Shown in pieces: positions 51,885 to 62,080 of a stretch of 64,000 bases of DNA. Made by a program: the position numbers and the translations under genes. The DNA is from an uncultured delta proteobacterium. Lineage in GTDB: Bacteria; Desulfobacterota; Desulfomonilia; Desulfomonilales; Desulfomonilaceae. Position 1 is the first letter of the stretch; every line of letters begins with the position of its first letter. The DNA is taken from positions 384,001-448,000 of the forward strand of contig CAWBKB010000006.1 of NCBI GenBank assembly GCA_963789265.1, read 5' to 3'. A model generated the notes under the pieces. It was given only the letters and a program-made list of their open reading frames with translations, ran no database searches and was not told the origin of the DNA.

Positions 51885-54800
51885 TCAGAATTCCAAAAGA
51901 TCGAGTCCCGTGCTGCTAATCGCAGAATTCAGATCCTCCAGATCGCGGTGAAGACCCAAGTCACTGAACATTGCTTTTGCTTTTTCTAAATACGCCTCCG
52001 TCTCGTGCCTGACAGGCTCCGAGGATTCACACTTGACCGACCGCGTGCGCACAGCTATTTCCGCATAGGTCCTTGCAAGCTCGGGACGTGCGCCAAGGCT
52101 TTCTCCTACTCTAATCGCCTTGTGCCACCACTTCAAAGCCCTTTTTCGATCGCCGATCAACCATTTATACACACCCATGAGTCTATAGGAGTCCGTTCGA
52201 TATAACGCCGCTTTCTGACATGTCTTGATCAGCATCTTTCCTGACTTTAAAGCACTTCTCCGCCATTTGCAGGATTCTTCTCTGTGGCCCCTATTAAGAG
52301 AGTCTTCCAGGCGCAGCAGGTAGTACCTCGAACTCACTTCGATAAAAGGGTGACAACTGTATGGGAGCGGCTTTCACTTCAGATCTGATTTGGTTGGCTT
52401 GATCCAGCGATTCTCCAGCCCCCGCCGTATCTTTCATCGAGAGATGTGTCAAGGCCTTTAGAGAATACATAGTGAATATGGCTGAACGCCAACCCTTTCT
52501 TTCGACAAGATCAATTCCACGATTCACTTCAGTGGTTGCTGCCTCCAGGTGGCGGCATTCAATGAGCAGACAAACATTGAGCAGATATTTAAAGAGGCGG
52601 CAAATATCGTTTTCATAGGTTTCGGCGATTTCACTCAGTTTTGACACCATCAATCTTGCTGCATCAAAATGGCCCTGGCAGACTTTAGGAAGTCCGTGCC
52701 AGGCATATTGGTGGCCTGCATCCCACGTTTCTCCAATTCTCAGGCCCCTGTTAACTAGACCCTCGTCATACTCGCTGATCTCGTTCCACCGCCCTGTGAG
52801 AAAAAGGTGCTGCGTGTGCAAGAGATCGTAATTAATCCATTGCTTGACATCATCAGGGGCCAGCCTGGGCTTTGCATAATCCAGGATCCTTCTGCCGACA
52901 CTCAGGGAAAGACCGGTGAAGGTAAAAAGAGCACTGGAGCCGACAAAGATCCCAAGCCCGAATTTGAATTTTGTCAGATCGAGACGGACGATTGTGTTAT
53001 AGAAGAAGAAAGATTCGATGAAAAACCGCTTGGGGTCGATGACAACGAGGGCTCCGGCTCTCTTGTAAAACAGGTTTACTGCTTCAGCCTCCTTGTGTGT
53101 CGGGAGTCTTTTGAACCAGAAAGATGGAAAGTACAGGGCCAGGAGGAAGGTAATAAAACTCCATAGGAACCTGAAGCCCCTTGAAAATGCATTCTTGGGT
53201 AACTTGCCCCAATAGTAGTTTAGAGCCTCGTCGAAATACTCTACCGCTTCAGTGTAGTATCCTCTGTTAAAGAGAGCGAGCCCGATGTTCTTTTCAAGCA
53301 CGGCCACCTTTTCGGGTTCGGCACTCTCTCCTCGCAGCATTAGATAAATGCGGAGCGCTTCCTGGTAGTAGTGGAGGGCCTCATCAGATGCAGCAGACCT
53401 TGATGCCTCTTCACCGGCCTCGATCAGGCACTCTTCGGCCTTTTCCCACGCTTCAGCTCTTGAATAGTGGTATGCGAGAAGACCAAAAAACTCCTCGAGG
53501 CGGTTCACAAACAATTGTTCGATAGCGGCTCCCACCCTGGCATGAAGAGTCTTGCGTTCGGGCTTGCCGATGTTCTCGTAAATGGCTTCATGAGCCAGGT
53601 CGTGATTGAACATGTACGCGGACTCCGATGTCCGAGTGTCCTTTAGGATCAATCCCAGCCTCTCGAGGGTCGCCAGTTGTTCCGGAAGCTCAGGAGGGGA
53701 TTGGACGACCGCGCGCAGAACGCGGTAGGGAAAACGGCGGCCAACGACTGCCGCAACCTTCACCACCTCCTTCAATTCCTCATCCAACAAATCCACCCGG
53801 GCCCTGATAATGCCCTGAATGGTCCTTGGAACCTTCATCGTCTCGATCTCGGTGGTGAGACGCCACTCGTTGGACGATGAGTCTCTGGTACAGAAGGCTT
53901 TCATCAATAAGCGACCGAATGATCTCCTCGATAAAGAATGGATTGCCTTCCGCCTTATCAATGATCTTGTCGCGCAGAGCAGAGAGGTGGCTCCCATTGT
54001 TCAGGAGATTGGCAACCAGTTTCGCACTTTGAAGCGAAGACAGAGGGGCAAGACGGATTTCGTCGTATCGATCATGATACACCACCGTCAGCATCTCGCG
54101 TAATTGAACCGCGGGGCCCTCCATCGTAGGACGGCTCACTCCAAGCATGAGAAGCGGGACGCTGTAAATCAAGGGAAGCAAGTGCTGAAGCATTAGTGCG
54201 GATGATTCGCCCATCCACTGAATGTCCTCGAACACTAGCACCAACGGCTGCATCCGAGCGATCCTTTCAAAGAAGTGGCGTGAGGATAGCAATACCTGCC
54301 GGCGCATGGCTTCAGCCTGCAGATGCTCGATGTGCTCGGCAAATTCCTCTCGCACGTCCAAAGAAATCATTGTGGCCAGGAAGGGGAGAATTTCAGTCGT
54401 TCCGTCTTCAAAAAGTGTCTCAACTCGGATTCGCAGTTTGCGCCGAACATCATCTTCGTTATCCTGTTCTGTAATTCCTGCGTCCGCCCAAATAAGTTGT
54501 CGGAACAGCCCGTAGGAAACCATTTTCTCCATAGAACTGGCGCTCGCTTCCAGCCATTGAACTTGAGACCGTGGGCTCGTGCCGATTACCTGATCGCGTA
54601 GCTCCGCGATAAGGCGTGATTTGCCTATGCCCGCTTCGCCGATGATGGAAACAAAGCGGCCTTGACCTTGTTTCAGTCCTTCTATGCGACGTCTGAGCAC
54701 CCTCAACTCTGCCTTGCGACCGACGACCCAAGAACTCATCCTCCTCACAGCTATGCGGTCCGTTTGGGAAGGTCCGGACCGGGCACGCAAAAGGCGATAA

Positions 54801-55429
54801 CTCAGAATACCATCGGCTTGACCATGCACTTGAATCTCACCGAGGTTCTGGAAAGCGAACAGATGGGAAGTCAGCCGGTAGGTTTCTTGCGATACGAGAA
54901 TTTCACCCTGCTTCGACGAATCCTTGAGCATTTTTGCGGTCTTCACAGCCTCACCCGCGAACACAAGCTCTTGATGCTCGCGGTTGCCGATCCGTACGAC
55001 CGTCACGTTCCCTGTGTCGATTCCGAAGCTCAGGTCCAACCTGAGTTTGCACTCCGCACTGACCTCCTCCAGCAACCGTACAATCTCCAATGCCGCGCGG
55101 CAGGCGCGCTCCGCATCATCGTCATGCGTGTCCGGTATCCCGAATACCGCCATAATGCTCTCACTGGTGAACTCGGCCATAAGCCCGTCGTAGTGCTCGA
55201 TAACGCGCCGAAAACGTTCGAAATATCCTTTCAGCAGAGCACCCTCGGTTTGGACGTCCACGGAGTCAACATAGACCCGGAAGTCGGGAATTGCGGCTAC
55301 TATGACGGTGGCGAGCTTGCACTCTGACGGACAAACATTCTCAGGAGCATCAATGTCATCCGACGCTCGTCCTATCTTTTCACTGATGGCCATGGAGCAT
55401 TTCCACATCCGGAACCGTGCGGGATCCAC
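51885..55429 (-). CDS. Class III cyclase-like / AAA ATPase / TPR protein split by two frameshifts (about 53887, 52327)
   Basis: AVFG.P..HDDDAERA, GEAGIGKSRL, VFEDIQW, EGNPFFIEE, TPR-like C-term. Confidence 0.88.
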
Positions 55430-55748
55430 GCGAAATCAGTTCTCGCGTAGTCGATCTCGGCCCCCAAACATGCTACAATCTTATTAAGAATTTTTTCTCG
55501 AACCGGCCCTTTCGATCTTGCGATGCTTCTGAGCAAAACGCCGGAGAGTCGTGCATCAGCATCTCACAGTCGAGCAAAGCCAAATGTTGACAAAATCTAC
55601 TCACATCGGTGCAGTTTATGCCACAAACCACGGCCTTGCAACGGATATTTCGGCTTGACCGGGACTCACGTTTACAGGTACGATAACATTAGGCAGCATA
55701 GGAGTGAGTTATGAGAGTTCGCGCCTGCCACTTGATCGGGGGAATTGA

Positions 55749-58685
55749 ATGGGGAAAACATTACCCGGTGGAGTTGCTCCAATCAGCTCCATATCGACCT
55801 ATGAGATCAGTAAGCTCGAATCATCCGTAGCTTGGCAATTCTATTCGTCTTGTCGCGGCCGATACAAACTTGCAATCCTCGGTGCTTTGTTGCTTGCGGC
55901 CGCACTTTGGGAGGTAGTGCCCGGTGGCCACATTCTGGCTTGGCTAGGCGCTGTTCTTGTGTCTCAGATTTCAAGTCAAGCTATGTGCTCGGCCTTTGGT
56001 AGGGCATCGGCGGCCGGCAGCTCCGAGACTTATTGGAAGTGGCTATTTGCGGCTGGCGTGGCGATCAGCGCCCTTGTGGCCGGCATTGCAGGAATCTACC
56101 TGTTCCCCGTCGGATCAATGCCCCACCAATTTGTTCTCGCGCTCTATCTGGCTTGTATAGGCTGTGTGGCAGTGATCACGTATTCCGCGTTCCTGCCATC
56201 CAGCATAATTGCCATTCTCCTGGTAATGCTTCCCTTATGCGGTAATTTCGCGAGTCAAAGATCACAATTCGGGTACACCATGGGCGCAGTGCTTTTGTTG
56301 TTCACTGTAGCATTGATTAGCGCCGCCGCCCACATGCATAGGGTCCTGATGGAAACCCTGAAACTGCGAATTGAAAAGGATGGGCTGATAGAATCTCTGT
56401 CGCGCGAAAAGGAGAAGATTGAAGGCCTCAACGCCGAACTCGAAGCAGAAGTGCTGGAGCGAAGACTTATTGCCGAATCTCTCAGCAGAAGCGAAGATAG
56501 ATACCGTGCCGTCGTACAGGGCCAAACTGAATTCGTTTGCAGGTGGCTTGCGGACTATGGCCTCTCATTCGCCAACGAGGCGTACCGACGCTATTTGCAC
56601 GCGGACCCCGATGACTTGTTAGGCCGTAGCTTCCTGGAGGTTGTGCATCCAGCCGACTTGGAACAGGTTCTTGGTTTCTTTGAATCGATTAGTCAAGGCA
56701 CCGGTCCGGAGATATGTGAATACCGAGTGAACATGCCTGGAAAGGAGATCCGGTGGCTTCAATGGACCTGCCGGCCGATACTTGACAAACTGGGTCAAGT
56801 GAAAGAGTACCAGGGCGTTGGGAGGGACATCACGGCTCGAAAGAAAGCGGAAGAAGCGCTGGCGGCGTCGGAGGAGAAGTATCGGTCAATTGTGGAGAAC
56901 GCCGGTGAAGGAATTGTGGTCGTCCAAGGGACCAAAGCCGGATTTGTGAATCCTAAAATACTAGCATATACCGAGTTGTCGGAAGATGTATTGAAGGCAG
57001 GTGAATTTATTGATTTCTTTCATCCTGACGACAGACAATTGTTGAAGGATGCCTGCCTAAAAGCGACCCAGGGAGAAGAGCCGCCATCAGCAGAACTCAG
57101 ATTCCTGAACAAGACCGGAGACAGATCATGGTTTCAGCTCAAGGCGGTAGGTATTTCATGGGAAGGCAAACAGGGAATACTCGGATTCATCACAGACGTC
57201 ACCTGGCGCAAGGAAGCGGAACGAGCACTGCAAAAATCTCATGAAGAGCTTGAAGTAAGAGTCCGGGAACGAACAGCCGAACTGAACGAAATGAACAAGA
57301 AGTTGCAGCTTGAGATTGCAGACAGACTCCATGCCGAGGAGTCATTACGTAACAGTGAACAACGCTTTCGGACAATATTCGAGAAAGCTCGGGACTGCAT
57401 ATTCGTTAAAGACATACAGCTTAGATACACTCACCTCAATCCGGCGATGCAAGCTATAATTGAAGCGGATGAATCGGATACTACAGGATTGACCGATAGA
57501 GATCTGTACGGGGACGACCAAGCAGTTCGCCTTATGGATGAAGACATGCGGGTCCTGGTCGGCCAAGTTGTAGAAGCGGAACATACTCTCATGCTTAAGG
57601 GGCGCGAACTTACTTTCAACTGCGTCAAGGTCCCTATGATAAATTCTTCAGGCGAGATCGTGGGGCTGTGCGGGATCGCGCGTGATGTCACCGAACGCTC
57701 GCGTACAAAGTCGCAACGACAGAGGAGTGGCTTGGACTTTGGGTCAAAGTTCATGACCAAAACTCTGAACCAAGTTCGGTTAGCCGCCAAGAGTGACAGT
57801 CTTGTCCTGTTACTCGGAGAAAGCGGCAGCGGCAAGGATTTTCTTGCAGGACATATCCATCATTTGTCTCCTCGATCCGGGGGGCCGTTTTTTGCGATAA
57901 ATATGGCTGCTGTAGCTCAGGAGCTTGCTGAATCGGAACTGTTCGGTCATGAGGCAGGCTCGTTTACAGGGGCTCGAACTCGGAAACGTGGGATGCTGGA
58001 GCTTGCCGAAGGCGGCACGCTCCTGCTGAACGAAATTGGGGAGTTATCCCTTACGCTCCAGGCAAAACTCCTGACTTTTCTAGACACGCGATCTTTCACG
58101 CGTGTCGGCGGTGTGGCAAACATAGAGGTGGACGCCCGACTCATTGCAGCCACAAACCGTGATCTCGGGAAGGAAGTGGAAGCCGGCCGCTTTCGTCACG
58201 ATCTTTATCACCGGCTCAATGTATTCTCCATACGAGTGCCGTCGCTGCGCGACCGGTTGGATGACCTTCCGTTGCTCGTTGAGACGATATTGAGCCAGTT
58301 GTGCGCCAAGTTAGGCCGGGGCGAGGTTCCTCCCATGGATGCCCGGTGCCTGCCAATGATGGTGCACTATCACTGGCCTGGTAACGTAAGAGAATTGAAA
58401 AACGTCTTGGAACGCGCCTTGATCCTCTCGGACGGCGGTAAAATAAAGCCGGAGGCCATCCGGCTCTGGGAACACCAAAACGTGAGCAAAGAACAGGACA
58501 ACTGGTTTTACGTCGTTCATTTCCCGGATCAGTATAAGAATTTGAACGATGTATGGAACAGCGTAAAGTCGGAGTTGCTGAAGGAGGCCCTCCGCCGCAC
58601 GTCCGGTGTCAAGAAGGATGCTGCGAATCTCTTGGGGATTTCTGTCGATTCGTTTAAGTACCAATCCAAAACCGTCGGCGTGTGA
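55749..58685 (+). CDS. Membrane-anchored multi-PAS sigma54-dependent activator
   Basis: N-terminal TM helices, three PAS domains, GESGSGKD, GSFTGA, WPGNVREL, HTH. Confidence 0.92.
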   Translation: MGKTLPGGVAPISSISTYEISKLESSVAWQFYSSCRGRYKLAILGALLLAAALWEVVPGGHILAWLGAVLVSQISSQAMCSAFGRASAAGSSETYWKWLFAAGVAISALVAGIAGIYLFPVGSMPHQFVLALYLACIGCVAVITYSAFLPSSIIAILLVMLPLCGNFASQRSQFGYTMGAVLLLFTVALISAAAHMHRVLMETLKLRIEKDGLIESLSREKEKIEGLNAELEAEVLERRLIAESLSRSEDRYRAVVQGQTEFVCRWLADYGLSFANEAYRRYLHADPDDLLGRSFLEVVHPADLEQVLGFFESISQGTGPEICEYRVNMPGKEIRWLQWTCRPILDKLGQVKEYQGVGRDITARKKAEEALAASEEKYRSIVENAGEGIVVVQGTKAGFVNPKILAYTELSEDVLKAGEFIDFFHPDDRQLLKDACLKATQGEEPPSAELRFLNKTGDRSWFQLKAVGISWEGKQGILGFITDVTWRKEAERALQKSHEELEVRVRERTAELNEMNKKLQLEIADRLHAEESLRNSEQRFRTIFEKARDCIFVKDIQLRYTHLNPAMQAIIEADESDTTGLTDRDLYGDDQAVRLMDEDMRVLVGQVVEAEHTLMLKGRELTFNCVKVPMINSSGEIVGLCGIARDVTERSRTKSQRQRSGLDFGSKFMTKTLNQVRLAAKSDSLVLLLGESGSGKDFLAGHIHHLSPRSGGPFFAINMAAVAQELAESELFGHEAGSFTGARTRKRGMLELAEGGTLLLNEIGELSLTLQAKLLTFLDTRSFTRVGGVANIEVDARLIAATNRDLGKEVEAGRFRHDLYHRLNVFSIRVPSLRDRLDDLPLLVETILSQLCAKLGRGEVPPMDARCLPMMVHYHWPGNVRELKNVLERALILSDGGKIKPEAIRLWEHQNVSKEQDNWFYVVHFPDQYKNLNDVWNSVKSELLKEALRRTSGVKKDAANLLGISVDSFKYQSKTVGV

Positions 58686-58911
58686 TTGCCGCACCGGTCG
58701 ACTTGACCGATCCATCGGTGAATCCCACCTGCGAAATAAGATAGCGGATTTACATCATTTGCCAGGAGTGGTTATACTTCCGTAGGTGAATTTCACACGT
58801 TGAGCCGGGTCTACCTTCTAGTCGGTAAAAAGTCCTTTCAACAGCCTGATACTCTCTCATCTCCCTGATTTAACTTGAATTGCACGTGAACACCACATCA
58901 GCCGGTCCCAT

Positions 58912-58928
58912 TTGGTACGTAAAGTGCA
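58912..58928 (+). promoter_or_regulatory. Possible sigma54 promoter
   Basis: TTGGTAC-GTAAA-GTGCA (GG-N10-GC); GGTGAAT motifs at about 58718 and 58785 upstream. Confidence 0.5.
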
Positions 58929-59069
58929 GAGTAGGCACCACCAACCTACCTTGCATGGGGGAGCTCACGGCCAATAATCGACCTGGGCTCCCAATTTCAG
59001 AATCGCCATGAGAGAAAAGAATCAAACCGGGAGGGGAGAGTGTCATGTGCAACAGATTATACGTGTTTA

Positions 59070-59232
59070 TAGCCAATGCCAAAAGTAATGACCTGTTCAC
59101 CACCCGTCGCCCCGGCGAAGGCCGGGGTCCAGTCCCGCGAGGAACGCGGGATTGAAAAGACTGGATTCCGGCCTTCGCCGGAATGACGGTGTCAGGCTAT
59201 CTCCAATCGGACAGAACTTTTGGCAATGGGTG
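59070..59232. mobile_element. MITE type B (TA target, IS630-like) carrying GTC..CCGGCGAAGGCCGG REP pair and micro-palindrome (59133-59151)
   Basis: TA|TAGCCAATGCCAAAAGT...ACTTTTGGCAATGGGTG|TA. Confidence 0.8.
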
Positions 59233-59723
59233 TAGTGGAACTATCCTTCTTTTGCTACTGTCGTCTGCGGGATTTGCACAGGAGTTGGGCTGGCGATCAT
59301 GCCATGCTCAAGCCGCGGCGCGGCAAACGTGGTAAAATCACAGGGCAGGCTGGCTGTGGCAAAGGTCCTGTACGATGCCGCTCAAGCGATTTACGAGCGC
59401 AATGGAGGATTGGACCGGGAACTCACTTCCATGTCTCTTGCAAAAGCAAGAATTTGGCCGGTGCTCCCCGAAGATTAGCCATCATCTCATCCGTGAAACC
59501 AAAGTCAGATATTGATAGCCTAAGAGCCCGGGTGACATGATGGTACGGAGAAAGTCCCACTTGGCATGACTGCGCCGACAATTGGGGTTGAGCGGCAGGC
59601 TCCCAGCATCTCCTGTAAATCCCGGACGTGTCCAGATCTGTGCACTTTCACAATCCCCATGCGCCCTCTCTAATGAAGGGGAAGAGGGGATTTTTATTAC
59701 TTGTTTGAAAGCGCATAGGTCTA

Positions 59724-59973
59724 TAGGCTTTGCCAAAAGTTTTGACCGATTTGCCCCACGTCCCGCGGGGTCACCCCGGACTCCGATCCGAGGTCTGTAG
59801 GGGCAGTCCCGCTCCTCGCGGGATTGTGTCTGCCCTCTTCCGGGCACCCACCAGGGGTGCCCCTACAGTGGATTCCCGCGTACGCGAGAATGACGGCTAA
59901 ACGTCCACAGCGAAGTATGTTCAGCATTCTTGGCATCGGGCGGCCAAACGGACTTTACTTTTGGCGGACGCTA
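59724..59973. mobile_element. MITE type B, second copy, with nested REP families and micro-palindromes (59754, 59807)
   Basis: TA|TAGGCTTTGCCAAAAGT...ACTTTTGGCGGACGCTA|TA. Confidence 0.8.
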
Positions 59974-60043
59974 TAAGACGTCGCAACTGGAAGGTTATGC
60001 TCTGCAATTTGCACGAATTGTTTTTGTCAATATCCGATAAGAC

Positions 60044-61214
60044 TCAGGGAATGTCGCACACGAGTTGAGAAGGGGTGCAGTACGGAAGTATGATGCGGAC
60101 AGTTGTACCCACTCCGGGCTCTGATTCGATTTCGATTCTCCCGAGGTGCTTGTGAACCACTCTCTCCACTATGGCCAGCCCCATGCCTATACCCTGAGAA
60201 CGCGTGGAGAAGAAAGGGTCGAACATATACATCTTATCCTCATCACTGATCCCGGTCCCGTAGTCCTTCACTTCCAGTACCTGTGCCTTCACCTATCTCG
60301 AAGATCGCGGCATCTACCGTTCCGCCGTCAGTTGAGAAACCAATGGCGTTTTCCAGGATTTGTTCGACCGCCAACCGAAACCAATACGGGTCAAACGTGA
60401 CCGAGTGCTCTTCAGGTATGCGGCTATGGAACTTCAAAGTTATTTTATTCTTGAGGCCCACAGGAACCATTGCGGAGACCGTCTCACCCACCACTTTCGA
60501 GATACTCCCTGTGACAAGGCTCATGGCAGGCAGATCACAGCACTGGCGAACTCGATCCGCCACCTTTTCCAGTTGATTCGCATGTTCAACGATGATGCGA
60601 CCGTATCGTCTCGTATCTTCGGGATTTTTGTCATCTTTCTGAATCCTGGCAGCGAATCCGCCGATAGTTACCATGGGATTTCTTATTTCGTGCGCGACCC
60701 CCATTGCCAATTTGTGTAGGCTTCTAATTTTTTCTTTGGCCGTCTTGTCCTTTTCGCAGAGCAGCTCTTTCTCTTGGCGGCGCAGGGTAAAGATCTCTGT
60801 AATGTCTTTGAACAGTGCCACAAAGCCCATGATCGATGTCTCATGCTCCCCGAGAGCCATTAGATAAGAAGTTGTGGCGGCTAGGCGGCGCACGGTCCCC
60901 CCTGGGTGATAGTAATCTACTTCAGTATAATTATTGATATTCTTGCCATGAATGACGTCAATAAAGATTCGATTGAAGTCATCATTCTTATCATTCAGCA
61001 ACAGCAGCATATCCAGGCCGTGCTCCATCAAATCATCAGGCGAGCAACCCAGGATTGAGCCGGTTATCCTATTTGCATAGAGCACACCGCCGTCCTGCCC
61101 CAGTACCAGAAGTGAGTCACTCATGCTGTCCAGAATGCTTCTGACTACAGGAGACTCCGTGACCCCTAGACCCATCAGAGACAGGACTGCAAGTCCTTGT
61201 TCTTGTAACTTCAA
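60044..61214 (-). CDS. PAS sensor histidine kinase, frameshift at about 60281
   Basis: AHEIRNP, ILENAI, DYGTGI, FFSTRSQGIGMGL after frame correction. Confidence 0.9.
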
Positions 61215-62080
61215 TGTGAGTCACCAATCGTGCCGAGTATTCGAGCATGCTAACATATCGGCTAATGTTGATCAATCGTTGCCGCCGACCTACGGATAAA
61301 AAGCCTCTGCCCTACGAAAGACAGACGACATACTTGACAAGAATTATTTCGATGTTTAGGCTAAGAGTGAATATAGGTGTCATTATGACGCCATGAACTG
61401 AGAGTAATGAAAGCAGGTGACGAAGGAAATGTCGAAAGCTTTGTGGCGCAACTAAGTCGGAAGCTCCACAGTGAAGCTTGAGACCAAATTAGGGAACGAA
61501 AAACCGAGTGCCAGGTCAGATTGTTACAGTCGGATGCTTGGCAATGCTGCCGAATAATGTAGAGCGGGGACAGCGTTGGAAGAGAAATGATAGTAGGAAC
61601 AATTGCAGACATTCGGAATGATTTCAGCGCCGGTAATGACAAGCTGGGGAGGTTTTTGAAGGCAAAAAGACTCGGTTGATCGGGCTCAAAGAAGTTTTCT
61701 TCGTGACCTTTCCGATCTTCGAGTAGACGGGCAACGGTTGTGAGAGCGAAAGTGGAAGCATGAATGCTCATGGGCTTCTTTTGAAGCAAGGCCGAAGATT
61801 AAATCCGACCCGTCTTCTCGATTCAAATTATTGTGTTGAGCGATATTGGGTTAGCACCTTTCTGATGGGTAATGAGAAGAGGTGCATGATTAAAAGGGCT
61901 GTGTATTGTTGAATACAACTTCATGTTCCTAAAGACAGAGTAGAATCGGGAGCAGCTTCGCTGTAAGCATTGCGCGCAATGACGTGAAAAAGTCGGTTCC
62001 AGATATCGAAGTGTGAAAATTATTGAGTTCTTACAGAACGTGAAGTGAACTGACGTAATACTAATTTTCTTGAGGTCTTT

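Noticed and set aside
61215..62080. Genes or ncRNA in the AT-rich gap
   Set aside because: ORFs lack RBS or motifs and no convincing structure is seen
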